DNA of 54,699 nt from NCBI GenBank assembly GCA_965215005.1, contig CBDCCZ010000024.1, positions 1 to 54,699 of the forward strand, in the 5' to 3' direction. The notes beneath the pieces were generated by a model. The model worked only from the letters and a program-made list of their open reading frames with translations, had not been told where the DNA came from and searched no databases. The position numbers were made by a program, and so were the translations under genes. Shown in pieces: positions 25,515 through 35,229 of this stretch. The stretch comes from Kofleriaceae bacterium (GTDB taxonomy: Bacteria; Myxococcota_A; Polyangia; Haliangiales; Haliangiaceae). Position 1 is the first letter of the stretch, and each line of letters opens with the position of its first letter.

Positions 25515-26726
25515 TTAGAACACGACGCGGTGAATGACGACTGGTTTGCCGCCGGTGGTGACCACCACGCCGGGCTCCAGGGTGTCGATGGTGGCAGAGT
25601 GCTGCTCGCCAAAGTAGGAAAGCGGCACTTCGCGAGCGACGGCGTCGCTGGGATTGACCACGCTCATGGTGGCGCCGGAGACGACGGTGCGGCCGCTCGC
25701 ACCGAACACGCCAGCGGCATCGAGAATCTGCACGGTTCCAGCGTGGGCACCGCTGCCTTCGAGGAGGACGATGACGCCGCCGCGATCGAGGAACGTGGCG
25801 AGGGCGGCGGCCCAGCTGGTGCCGAGCGCGCGGAGGGTGGCGTTGGTGGCGGCGGTCTGAGCGTAGATGAGGAAGACATCGGCGTTCGCGAGCGCGTTGG
25901 GCAACGCGGCGCCCTCGGTCACGACGATGCGCTGCCACGCGCGGCCGAGCTCGCCCGCCACTTGATCAATGGCGCGGTTGGCGCCGGCGGTGTCGTTGGC
26001 GCCGGCGCTGCCGGTGTAAGCGGCTACCTTGACGGTGGCTCCGCCGGTGAGGAACACGCTGTTGCCGACCAGCCGATTCATACCGACGCGGGGACGGCGA
26101 TAGTCGTGGCCGATGACGACGACGTGCCCGACGTAGCCGCCGATGCACTCGCCAAGCGCGCACAGGCCACTGGCGCAAGCGCGGCCGCAGACGCCGCAGT
26201 GGTCGCGGTCGCTGGAGAGATCGACGCACTCGCTGCCGCAGGCATCGAGACCCATGTCGCAGGTGAAGGCATCGGGCGGAACGCCGCCGTCGGGGCCGGA
26301 GCCGCCGTCGGAGCCGGAGCCGCCGTCGGAGCTGGAGCCGCCATCAGAGCTGGAACCGCCGTCGGAGCCGGAGCCGCCGTCGGAGGTGGAGCCGCCGTCG
26401 GAGCTTGCGCCGCCGTCGGAGCTTGCGCCGCCGTCGGAGCTTGCGCCGCCGTCGGAGCTGGAACCGCCGTCGGGCGAGTCGACGCGGCCGCCATCGGAGT
26501 CGTCGCCCGGGCCGCCATCGACGCGCGCGAGCACGCACATGCCGAGCTCGCAGACGCCGTCGCAGACGACGCCGCAGGCGCCGCAGTTGTTGGCGTTGGA
26601 CGCGAGGTCGACGCAGACCCCATCGCACACGAAGCGCTCATCGGCGCACTGCGCCCCGACGATGCTATCGAAGCAACCACTGGTTAGGAGCGCGAGCGTC
26701 GCGCTCATCGCGAGCAGCCATTTCAT
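25515..26726 (-). CDS. Cys-rich lipoprotein with two Stig1-like repeats and a Gly/Ser/Asp low-complexity linker
   Basis: Lipobox LTSGC; CVDLASNANNCGACGVVC and CVDLSSDRDHCGVCGRAC; (DGGSSS)n linker; globular C-terminal domain; start overlaps the ompA-like stop. Confidence 0.8.
   Translation of the reverse strand: MKWLLAMSATLALLTSGCFDSIVGAQCADERFVCDGVCVDLASNANNCGACGVVCDGVCELGMCVLARVDGGPGDDSDGGRVDSPDGGSSSDGGASSDGGASSDGGASSDGGSTSDGGSGSDGGSSSDGGSSSDGGSGSDGGSGPDGGVPPDAFTCDMGLDACGSECVDLSSDRDHCGVCGRACASGLCALGECIGGYVGHVVVIGHDYRRPRVGMNRLVGNSVFLTGGATVKVAAYTGSAGANDTAGANRAIDQVAGELGRAWQRIVVTEGAALPNALANADVFLIYAQTAATNATLRALGTSWAAALATFLDRGGVIVLLEGSGAHAGTVQILDAAGVFGASGRTVVSGATMSVVNPSDAVAREVPLSYFGEQHSATIDTLEPGVVVTTGGKPVVIHRVVF
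26283..26500. repeat. 18-bp coding tandem repeat (DGG-S/A-S-S units, ~10-11 copies)
   Basis: Repeated ccgccgtcggagc(t/c)... units within the lipoprotein gene. Confidence 0.85.
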
Positions 26727-27949
26727 GGCGTCTTCTCCGGCACGAGTTTGCGGCCTTCTACGGTTTCCTGTTTTTCGATGATGACGAACTCGACGCGGCG
26801 ATTGCGCTGGTAGTCGGCGTCGGAGCTGCCCGTCGATGCCGGCTTGCGTTTGCCGTACCCGATGACGTCGATTTGCTCTGCGGGCATTCCCAGCTCGACC
26901 AGCGCTTGCCGGACCCTCTTGGCCCGCTCTTCGCTCAGCTTGTCGTTGAAGGAGTCGGGGCCGCGTTCATCGGCGTGGCCTTCGATGATCATGCGGTCGT
27001 ACTCGGGGTGCTGTTTCCACAGCTCGCGAATCGCCTGCAGCGCCGGTCGCGCGCTGGTTCGCACCCGCGCCCTCTCCAGCTCGAACAGCACCCGCTCTTC
27101 GAGGATGATGCGGTTCTCATTGACGACGATGACCCCTTCATCGGGACAGCCATCTTCGTCATCGATGGCGTTGACGACCTCGGCCTCCCGCGGGCATGCG
27201 TCCATGGCGTCGAGGATGCCGTCGCCATCGTCGTCGGGATCGGGGCAGCCGTCTTCGTCTTGCCAGCCATCGACATCTTCGGGCTCGTCGGGACAATCGT
27301 CGACGTCGTCGCTGAGGCCATCGCGATCGCGGTCGCCGACGGCGGTGACAACAACGGGAGCCGGCACAGGGTCGGCGACGAGCGCCGCCGGACGAGCGCG
27401 CTCCCGCGACATCGAGAGCTCGACTCCCAGGAGTGCGAGGTCGGCGCTGCGGCCATCGAGAACGTTGTCGAGCTGCTGCACCCGAACGTAGCGCAGCGAC
27501 GGACCCACGCTCAGCGACCCGGCCGCAAAGCCATAGCCGATGCCAGCTTCGGCGGTCGGTCGGGCATTGTCGCCGGTGATGGCACCGCCGCCCGCGAGCT
27601 CGAGCCATAGCCCATCGCCACTGCGCGAGGCTTGGTCGAGCGGTCGCAGACGCAGGCTCACGACGGCGCTACCGAGCCCACCGAGGCCCGGATCGGCAAG
27701 CTCCATGTCCGGTGGTTGGCCGTTGGTCAACACGCCAGCGCGGAGGCGGCCACCGAGCAAGAGTCGGTTTCCCAGAGCGCGATAGACGCCGAGGGCCGGC
27801 AGCGCGCCGGGATCGAACCGATCGGTTTGGGGCTCGGATAGCGGCACGGCAGCAGGGGCTTCGACCGACCACATCCACGCCGGGTCCGCAGACGCCGGCA
27901 TCGTGGCAAGGACCACCCCCGAGAGCGCAACAATGCAAGTTACACGCAT
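26723..27949 (-). CDS. OmpA-family outer-membrane protein with thrombospondin type-3 repeats
   Basis: Signal peptide, beta-barrel-like N-terminal region, DRDRDGLSDDVDDCPDEPED..DGCPD repeats, and OmpA motifs IEGHAD, LSEERAKRV and NRRVEF. Confidence 0.9.
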   Translation of the reverse strand: MRVTCIVALSGVVLATMPASADPAWMWSVEAPAAVPLSEPQTDRFDPGALPALGVYRALGNRLLLGGRLRAGVLTNGQPPDMELADPGLGGLGSAVVSLRLRPLDQASRSGDGLWLELAGGGAITGDNARPTAEAGIGYGFAAGSLSVGPSLRYVRVQQLDNVLDGRSADLALLGVELSMSRERARPAALVADPVPAPVVVTAVGDRDRDGLSDDVDDCPDEPEDVDGWQDEDGCPDPDDDGDGILDAMDACPREAEVVNAIDDEDGCPDEGVIVVNENRIILEERVLFELERARVRTSARPALQAIRELWKQHPEYDRMIIEGHADERGPDSFNDKLSEERAKRVRQALVELGMPAEQIDVIGYGKRKPASTGSSDADYQRNRRVEFVIIEKQETVEGRKLVPEKTP

Positions 27950-28134
27950 GCTACCGGCATGTATCGGCCGCGTCGGCCCCGATATTGAGTGCGAACGACG
28001 CCGGAGAATCGCGCGGCAGGCAGGCACTGCTCCGGGTTTGGGGTCGAGGCCACGGCGCGGGTGAAGCCTGCTGGCGAGGGGTCGGTGTGGGCTGTGCGGC
28101 GAGACGGCCGCGGGTTGCTCGCAGGAGCGAGCCG

Positions 28135-29469
28135 CTAGCGGGCAGGTGCGGGCTCGCGCAGTTGGCCGTCGCGCAGTCGCACGGCGACCGTGGTGCCATC
28201 GACCAGCGGCACCTGGACCGTGCGCTTGCGCACCGCGAGCGGCCCACAGTTGACGTGGACGCCGCCGGCGCCGGCTTGCGATGGATAGCGATAGGCGCTC
28301 GGCAGGACGCGCGTCCATACGAGCGCGCCGTTCGGCGACCAGGCGCTGACGGCGCGCTCGCCGGCAACCAGCACGTGCTCGCCGGCGCAGGCGATGCCGA
28401 GGCCGATGGAAGAGCGCGCAGCGAGCAGCGGTGGCGCGCGATCGGCCGCCAGCGGCAAGCGGGAATGCTGTCGGCCGCGGCGCAAGCCAAAGCCGAGCGG
28501 GTACGGCGGCTGAGTCGCGTCATCGCCGGTGCCAGCGCCGACGTACATCGTGAGGGCCAGAGAGCGGTTGCCGAGCTCGCACGTGCAGCCTTGGAGCGAG
28601 GTGAAGGCGGACAGCGGCACGTCGGCGGGCGCAGGAATTGCCGGCGCTGAGCGCTTGGCGGTGGAGATTGCGCTCTGCACCGCGAGCCATCGCCGCACAT
28701 CCTCGCGATAGCCAACGGCGCCGACTAGCAGCAGCGCCACCAGCGGCGCAACGGTGGCGACGAGTGGCGAGGCCTTGCGCGCGCGCCGGTGCGTCGTGCG
28801 GCTCGCTTGGTTGGCGGTGGGGCGCGCTGAGGGTGGCTTGGGCGCAGGCGCTTTGGCGGGCGCAGGCACGCCTTCGAGCCAGAGCCACCACGGCTCGACG
28901 CGCCCCGGCTCGCGGGCGCCCGCGGTCGGCAAGCGCGACACGACATGGCAGTAGGCGCACTCGACGTAGGGCGAGGTCGCTGCTGGTGCTAGCGGCGCAG
29001 CGCAGCTCGGACAGCGCACCGCGGTGGCGGTGGCGGTCTCGTCCGCGTCCGCCAGGGGCAGGTCCACGCAGTGCGCGGCGGCGATGGCGCCGAGCACGCC
29101 GGCGCGCTCGCGGCCCGGGGGCAGCCGGTAGGTCGCGCTGCGGTTGCATCGTTTGCAGTGGCTCACGACCCCACCGGCTGCTAACGAGGTCGTGAGGCCC
29201 TCGCCGCAGTGCGGGCAGCGCGGTCTTCCCGGCCGTGCGGCGAGCTCGAGGGCGCCGCGGTGCTCGGTCCATGTCGAGCCGGTGACCGCCCGCGCAACCT
29301 CGAGCGCTTCCTGCCAGGCCGTGGGGGCAATCGACTGGGCGGCGCCGCAGCTGGGACACAAGACCGGCTCATCACCTGGAACGTGATTGACGGCGACTAC
29401 GGCGCCGCAGGCGCGGCAACGCACGCGGCAGGTGAGCTCGACCCAGCGGCGAGTCGTGGCTGGCGACAT
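28135..29469 (-). CDS. Multi-zinc-ribbon single-pass membrane protein
   Basis: Six CxxC motifs (CRAC, CPSC, CPHC, CKRC, CPSC, CAYC), Pro-rich linker, TM helix and C-terminal domain; RBS GAGGGG. Confidence 0.65.
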   Translation of the reverse strand: MSPATTRRWVELTCRVRCRACGAVVAVNHVPGDEPVLCPSCGAAQSIAPTAWQEALEVARAVTGSTWTEHRGALELAARPGRPRCPHCGEGLTTSLAAGGVVSHCKRCNRSATYRLPPGRERAGVLGAIAAAHCVDLPLADADETATATAVRCPSCAAPLAPAATSPYVECAYCHVVSRLPTAGAREPGRVEPWWLWLEGVPAPAKAPAPKPPSARPTANQASRTTHRRARKASPLVATVAPLVALLLVGAVGYREDVRRWLAVQSAISTAKRSAPAIPAPADVPLSAFTSLQGCTCELGNRSLALTMYVGAGTGDDATQPPYPLGFGLRRGRQHSRLPLAADRAPPLLAARSSIGLGIACAGEHVLVAGERAVSAWSPNGALVWTRVLPSAYRYPSQAGAGGVHVNCGPLAVRKRTVQVPLVDGTTVAVRLRDGQLREPAPAR

Positions 29470-29611
29470 CGACACCCCCTCGCGATCCGGCGTGGTCGCC
29501 GGTGATCGGAGGGTAGCGCACGTGGTGGCAGGAGCGCGAGTCACGATCGCGCTGGCGCGAGCGAGCACTCGCGGGACTTGTAAGCAGCGCTGGAACCGGG
29601 AACCATGCGGT

Positions 29612-30055
29612 ATGCGGCTCATCGATGTGGGAACCGACGCGGTTGGGATTGTCGCGATTGGAGCGCGTGCGACCGGTGTGGTGGCGATTGGGCAGACGGC
29701 GACTGGTGCGATCGCGATCGGCGAGTTCGCTCGCGGGGGCCTTTGCATCGGCGTGGTCGCGCTGGGCTTGGTGTCGATTTCGGTGGCCGGGCTGGGCGTG
29801 TTTCGCGCCAGCGGGATCGTCGCGGTCGGTGCGCGCGTCGGTAGAGCGCTTATCGCCGTCCCGCTCGTGCCGGCTGCCGGCACCACGGGTCGCGCCGGGG
29901 TGACGGTCGCGCAGCTCGTAGGCTTGGTCCTCGCGGCAGCGATCTTCTGGCGCTATGCAGGCGTGGCCACGGGCGAGGCGCTGCTCGGCGACAACGGCGT
30001 CATCACCGCGGCGCGAGCGACGGCGACGCCTTGCGCGGAAGCCGATTGCGAGTAA
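29612..30055 (+). CDS. Small hydrophobic membrane protein with (A/T)G(V/I)VAIG repeats
   Basis: MRLIDVGTDAVGIVAIGARATGVVAIGQTATGAIAIG..., followed by TM segments. Confidence 0.6.
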   Translation: MRLIDVGTDAVGIVAIGARATGVVAIGQTATGAIAIGEFARGGLCIGVVALGLVSISVAGLGVFRASGIVAVGARVGRALIAVPLVPAAGTTGRAGVTVAQLVGLVLAAAIFWRYAGVATGEALLGDNGVITAARATATPCAEADCE

Positions 30056-30237
30056 CTCCAGGCGGGGCTGTCAAGACGTAACCGCCGTAGCGGTGCTCGC
30101 AGTGGTTACGCAGCAGAGCCAACCAACGTGCGCAGTGGCGCCACCGGCCAACATAGTGGTTGCTGTTACCACAGGCCCGTACTACACGAAAGCTCGCCGC
30201 CGGAAAAACTTGGAGACTGCCCGTTCGGAGTCTGATC

Positions 30238-32229
30238 ATGCCCAGCTCGTCCACAGGGACGCGCGAATTCGAGCCCGGTTCGCGTGTCGGCCACTATCAG
30301 CTTCTCCGGCGGCTGGCGGTGGGTGGCATGGCCGAGCTGTTCTTGGCGCGCGCCGAGGGCATCGAGGGCTTCGAGAAGCTGGTGGTGCTCAAGCGGATGT
30401 TGCCGCGGTTTGCCGCCACCGATGAGTACCTGGCGATGTTCCTCGACGAAGCGCGGCTCGCGGCGCGCCTCGCCCATCCCAACATCACGCAGGTCTACGA
30501 CATTGGCGAGCACGCCGGTAGCTACTACTTCACGATGGAGTTCGTGCACGGCGAGGATGTTCGCACTCTCCTCAAAGAGCGCTGGGCGGCGGGCAAAGCG
30601 GTTCCGCTCGAGCATGCCCTGGCGATCGTCATCGGCGTCGCGGCGGCGTTGCATGCGGCGCATGAGAGCGTCGGCATCGATGGCGCGCCGCTCGGCATCG
30701 TGCACCGCGACGTCTCGCCCTCGAACGTGCTGGTGACCTACGACGGCGGGGTCAAGCTCATCGACTTCGGTATCGCGAAAGGTGCTGGCCGCCGCAGCGA
30801 GACCAAGACCGGAATGGTCAAGGGCAAAGCGTCGTACATGTCGCCGGAGCAGTGTCGCGGCGAGCTGGTCGATCGCCGCAGCGACGTCTACTCGCTCGGG
30901 ATCCTTTTATACGAGCTAACGGTGAGCCAGCGGCTGTTCACCGGCAGCAGCGAGCTCGACATCATGAACACCATCGTGCGCGGCGAGGTGCCGCGTCCGG
31001 GGGAACGGGTGGAAAGTTATCCGGCGGCGCTCGAGCGTATCGTGTTGCGGGCGTTGGCCACGCAACGCGACGAGCGCTACAGCTCGGCCCGCGCGCTACA
31101 GCTCGATCTCGAGCAGTTCGCGCGGCAAGCGCGGCTCACCATCGCGACCGGCGAGCTCGGCGATCTGATGCGCGAGCAGTTTGCCGATCGCGCGTCGCTC
31201 TCGCGGCTCTTAGAGAGCTCGGCGAGCGCGGCAGGGGCACGCGCAAGCACCGCTGCCGAAGCAAGTCACGGCGCGCTCGCCGGTCATCGCGTCATCGGCG
31301 CCGAGCAGCTCGATCGGCTCGACACCTGCGATCTGCTGCCCGAGATGCTGCGCATCGAAACCGTGGTGCCGGACCGCCAGGAAAGCTGCGCCGAGACCCG
31401 CGAGCCAGTCGTAGCCGGTGAGGACTCCGGCGAGTGCAGCATCGTCATCGAGGTCGATGATCCGGCGCGGCATCGTCCACACACCACGTGGCCGTACGCG
31501 GGGGTGCCGGTACCGCTCGAGGCGCAGCGGATGGTACTGCCCGCGAGCTCCGCGGCTCGAGCACATTCGTTGCAATGGCGGTTGCTCAGGGTCGCGGCCG
31601 CGATCGCGCTGCTGGTGCTGGTGAGCGCGGTGGCCCTCTGGCGTGGCTCGGCGCGGCAGGTCGGCTCGACGGTCGGCGCGGGGGCCGGCGTGGCGCTGCT
31701 GCGACGCATCGCCAACCCGGCGGAGCTGCCCCCGATGGGCGCAGGTGATGACGCAGCTCTCGTGGCGCACGACGTGAGGCGGGCCATCGCCGCGCCTCGG
31801 GACTCGGCGGCGCGGCCGGCGGCGTTGTCCGTGGCTCACGGGGCCCGCGGTGAGCCAGCGGGCGAGACGGCGTTGTTTGCGGAGTTGGCGGCCGCTGGCA
31901 TTCTCGATGGCGAGTTGGATGCCGCTCGAGTCGCGGGCATTCACGCGGCCACGGCGGCTGCGGAGGCGGGGCAGGAGCCAGCGGGACGCGCCGTGCAAGC
32001 TATCGAGCCGGCGGTGCGACGCGCGCGGCGGGCCTCGAGGGCGAGCAAGTCGGCAACCGGCTCGCTTGAGACCCGGCGTCGGAAACCGCGCGGTAGTCGT
32101 GCATCGACGCGCGGCGAGCAGGGCGGGGCGCGCGAGGCCTCAGGCCTGCGCCCCCCGCGGACCCCCGCGGTCAAATCTGCAGCGACGGAGCAGGAATGGG
32201 ATCCCGATTCAGCGCTGCCGCCATTGTGA
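30238..32229 (+). CDS. Membrane Ser/Thr protein kinase
   Basis: LAVGGMAE, VVLK, HRDVSPSN, DFG, GKASYMSPEQ and DVYSLG; TM helix; C-terminal WDPDSALPP tail typical of myxobacterial kinases. Confidence 0.93.
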   Translation: MPSSSTGTREFEPGSRVGHYQLLRRLAVGGMAELFLARAEGIEGFEKLVVLKRMLPRFAATDEYLAMFLDEARLAARLAHPNITQVYDIGEHAGSYYFTMEFVHGEDVRTLLKERWAAGKAVPLEHALAIVIGVAAALHAAHESVGIDGAPLGIVHRDVSPSNVLVTYDGGVKLIDFGIAKGAGRRSETKTGMVKGKASYMSPEQCRGELVDRRSDVYSLGILLYELTVSQRLFTGSSELDIMNTIVRGEVPRPGERVESYPAALERIVLRALATQRDERYSSARALQLDLEQFARQARLTIATGELGDLMREQFADRASLSRLLESSASAAGARASTAAEASHGALAGHRVIGAEQLDRLDTCDLLPEMLRIETVVPDRQESCAETREPVVAGEDSGECSIVIEVDDPARHRPHTTWPYAGVPVPLEAQRMVLPASSAARAHSLQWRLLRVAAAIALLVLVSAVALWRGSARQVGSTVGAGAGVALLRRIANPAELPPMGAGDDAALVAHDVRRAIAAPRDSAARPAALSVAHGARGEPAGETALFAELAAAGILDGELDAARVAGIHAATAAAEAGQEPAGRAVQAIEPAVRRARRASRASKSATGSLETRRRKPRGSRASTRGEQGGAREASGLRPPRTPAVKSAATEQEWDPDSALPPL

Positions 32230-32243
32230 GTGAAAGGACGTCG

Positions 32244-33014
32244 ATGATTCGTCTGCTGGTGATATTGGCACTCTTGATCACCTCGGTTGCCACGGCCGCC
32301 GCGGGTGGTGAGCTGCCGACGGTTGCCAATCAGCGGCTGCAAGCGGGCCTCGGCCATTTTCGCGCGCAGCGCTATGGCGAGGCCATCGCGGAGTTTCGCG
32401 CCGGCTACCGCAGCGCTCCGCGGCCGGAGTTTCTGTTTGCGATCGCCCAGGCCGAGCGGCTGCGCGGCGATTGCGAGGCCGCGGTGGAGCTGTATCAGCA
32501 GTTTTTGGCGAGCGAGCCGCCCCAGGCGCAACGGCAAGCTGCTGAGCAGGGGCTCGAGCGGTGCGCGCCGGCCGCTGCCGAGCCGCCAATGGCGGCGCCG
32601 GTGAGCATGCGGGTGACCTCGCGCGTGGAGCCGGAGGCGAGCGCGGCGCCGTCTTCCGGCGACACATTGATTCGAACCGGAGTCGCCCGCCGCTGGTATC
32701 ACGATCGCACCGCGCATGTTCTCACCGGCGCGGCAACGATCTCGCTGGTGCTCGGGGCAAGCGCCTATGCTGCCTCTAGCGACGCCGTTGAGAGTGCGCG
32801 TGCCGCCTCAGACGATGCCGTCGCCGACGCCCAGCTCGACCGCGCCGTGCGCCAGCGAACGGTCGGCGCGGTGGCGCTCACCGCCGGCGTCGCGCTGCTG
32901 GGCGGCGCGATCTATCGCTACGTCACCGCTGAGGACGAATCGAGCGCCGGCAGCGGCATCGAGCTCGGCATCGATGATCGCGGCGTGCGGGTTGGTTTAG
33001 CGGGTCACTTCTGA
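32244..33014 (+). CDS. Secreted/membrane TPR protein paired with the kinase
   Basis: Signal peptide; TPR helices (RYGEAIAEFRAGY...FLFAIAQAERLRGDCEAAVELYQQFL); C-terminal hydrophobic hairpin ending LAGHF. Confidence 0.75.
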   Translation: MIRLLVILALLITSVATAAAGGELPTVANQRLQAGLGHFRAQRYGEAIAEFRAGYRSAPRPEFLFAIAQAERLRGDCEAAVELYQQFLASEPPQAQRQAAEQGLERCAPAAAEPPMAAPVSMRVTSRVEPEASAAPSSGDTLIRTGVARRWYHDRTAHVLTGAATISLVLGASAYAASSDAVESARAASDDAVADAQLDRAVRQRTVGAVALTAGVALLGGAIYRYVTAEDESSAGSGIELGIDDRGVRVGLAGHF

Positions 33015-33788
33015 GGCAGCCTGCGACGGCCGGCATGCCGGTCGCGACAGCATGCTCGTGACCGACGCAGCCTCCGCACTCGCCGGGGTCGCTCGGTACC
33101 GCGCCAGCTGGCCACTGCGCAGCAAGCGGTCGCGGGTGCGGCCGATGATCGCGAGCTCGGCAGCTACGAACACCCGCTGCGGCCATGCCGGCCGCTCGCG
33201 CGCGGTCTTGTTCATGATGCTTGCGGCGTAGCGCGAGTGCGGCAGGCCAAAGCGATGCCCGAGCTCGTGCGCCAGCACCGTCGCCGAGTCGTCGCGCGTC
33301 GATAAAATGATCCACGTCTGCCGACGATCACCGCTATCGCGCCAATGCACGCCGTGAAGCCGGTGGTCGGCGATATCGACGTCGTCGAGCTGACGCACGA
33401 CGAACACCGGCACGCGACCGGCGATGCGCTGGTGGCAGCGGCCGAGGGCATCGCGCCGGTCTCGCGAGTCGATGTGGGCCCAACCCGCGCCGATGCGATG
33501 ATGGGAAGCGTTCTCGAACTGCACCCCGGCGGCCGCGAACAGCAGGTTGGCGTGCTGGAGCTGGTTTTCTAGCCAGGCTCGATCGACCACCAATTCGCCG
33601 CTCTGGGCCACGACATAGAAGTCCAGGCCAATGACCGTGGGCTCGCGCGAGCGTTCGGCCTGCGCTGGCTCGGCCCCCAAGAGGAGGCCGAGCAGCGCGA
33701 TCGCCCACGCACCTCGAGCGCGAGCCGGCCCGGCAAGGGCACCCGGATCAGGACGCGAGAGGCGCGCGCGCGAGCGGCGAGGCGACAT
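32997..33788 (-). CDS. Secreted metzincin zinc metalloprotease (matrixin/M43-like)
   Basis: HELGHRFGLPH (HExxHxxGxxH) followed by Met-turn SIM; signal peptide. Confidence 0.8.
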   Translation of the reverse strand: MSPRRSRARLSRPDPGALAGPARARGAWAIALLGLLLGAEPAQAERSREPTVIGLDFYVVAQSGELVVDRAWLENQLQHANLLFAAAGVQFENASHHRIGAGWAHIDSRDRRDALGRCHQRIAGRVPVFVVRQLDDVDIADHRLHGVHWRDSGDRRQTWIILSTRDDSATVLAHELGHRFGLPHSRYAASIMNKTARERPAWPQRVFVAAELAIIGRTRDRLLRSGQLARYRATPASAEAASVTSMLSRPACRPSQAASEVTR

Positions 33789-33792
33789 GCGG

Positions 33793-35175
33793 TTACGGCG
33801 ACGTCGTTTGCAGGTCGATGCACGCTAAACGCGCGTTGTCGGCGCCGTCGTGGATGACCATCGACTGAGCCTCGGCGCGCGCCAGGTGGTCGACCGAGGT
33901 CATGCGGCTGGCGGCGCCGTTGGCATCCGCGGTCACGTTGAGCCATATCTCGTTGGATTCGACCGTCTCTTCCACGCTCGGGTCGATCTTGTAATGGGCG
34001 CCGCCTTCGGCAACGTCGCAGGGCAGCTCATGCACGTGAATCGGGTACTCCATGCCCGCCATGAGACCGCTGAGCTCGATGCTTGCCATGGTGGTGCCGG
34101 CGCGCTCGCGCATCAAACGCCCGGTTGCCATCAAGTTGCCGTAGCCGCGCGCCTCGCCCTCATCGAGCAGCGTTGCGTCACCGGTTTGCACGGCATCGGT
34201 GTAGCCCTGCCGCGGAAGATCCGCGCATGCGACCTTGGGCATCTGCTCGCCTTCGATGCGATGAATCACGAGTGACTGAGCATCTTCGCGAGCACGGTGC
34301 GCGCGTTCTACCATGGCCGTGGCGGTGCCATCGGCGCCGGGCTCGATATCTAGCCACAGCTCGTTGTCTTCGACATTCGCCTCTACGGAGGGATCGATCT
34401 TGTAGTGACCACCGGCGTTTTCGACCGCACATGGCAGCACGTGAACGTGGGAGATGTACTCTTCGCTGGCGTCGAGCCCTTCGACCTCGGCCATCACCTG
34501 CGTGCGCTCGCCATCGATCTCGATCCGTGCGCTACCGCTGATGTTCGTACCTTCGCCCGCCGCGAAGGGCATGATGGTTCCGTTGCCGGATAGCGTTTCC
34601 ATTGCCGCCGGCTGCAGATCCGCGCACAGCATCTTGGCATTGGTTTGCGGGTCGTGAATGACCACGGAGAGCGCATCGCCTCGCGCCACGTGCGCAACCT
34701 GTTCCCGCGAGAAGCCGCGGCCGTCGGCGTTGGTGGTGAAGGTGAGCCAGATTTCGTTCGACTCGAGCTCTTCGGTGATCGACGGGTCGATCTTGTAATG
34801 CGGCCCGGCGTCGAACTCACACGGCCAGCTGTGCACGTGCGCGGGATATTCGGTGTTGGGCTGCAGATTCGCCACCTGCAGACTCACCCGCGTGCGCATC
34901 TCAGACGGCATGCGCACCAGCTGCGCGGGGCCCTCGCCAGGTGCATTCTGCATGAGGGGCTCGAAGGAGCCGCTGAGGATGACATCGGCGTTATCGGGGC
35001 CGGGCGGCATCATACCGCCATCGGGCTGCGCGCCCGCGTCTGGGTCGCTTGGAGTGCCGCCCGCGTCGCGGTTGCCCGAAGCCGGGTCGTCGTCACCGCA
35101 TCCAGTCGTGAGCGGCAGCGCAACCAGCGCAGCGCCCGTCACCAAGCCAAGTAGAGTCGATTGCAACGTGTCCAT
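33793..35175 (-). CDS. Lipoprotein with three tandem Cu/Zn-SOD-fold domains
   Basis: Lipobox TTGC; three repeats each containing HVH...C...G.HYKIDP...NE(I/L)WL...S.VIH...C.DL. Confidence 0.75.
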   Translation of the reverse strand: MDTLQSTLLGLVTGAALVALPLTTGCGDDDPASGNRDAGGTPSDPDAGAQPDGGMMPPGPDNADVILSGSFEPLMQNAPGEGPAQLVRMPSEMRTRVSLQVANLQPNTEYPAHVHSWPCEFDAGPHYKIDPSITEELESNEIWLTFTTNADGRGFSREQVAHVARGDALSVVIHDPQTNAKMLCADLQPAAMETLSGNGTIMPFAAGEGTNISGSARIEIDGERTQVMAEVEGLDASEEYISHVHVLPCAVENAGGHYKIDPSVEANVEDNELWLDIEPGADGTATAMVERAHRAREDAQSLVIHRIEGEQMPKVACADLPRQGYTDAVQTGDATLLDEGEARGYGNLMATGRLMRERAGTTMASIELSGLMAGMEYPIHVHELPCDVAEGGAHYKIDPSVEETVESNEIWLNVTADANGAASRMTSVDHLARAEAQSMVIHDGADNARLACIDLQTTSP

Positions 35176-35229
35176 GCAGAGCAAGTTACGTCGAGCAAGT
35201 GGCCGCTGCTCGGGCAAAATTACCTTTAA

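Noticed and set aside
25515..27949. traAB orthologs
   Set aside because: Gene order is reversed, the Cys-rich protein is a lipoprotein with no MYXO-CTERM or PA14-like domain, and the barrel region is short.
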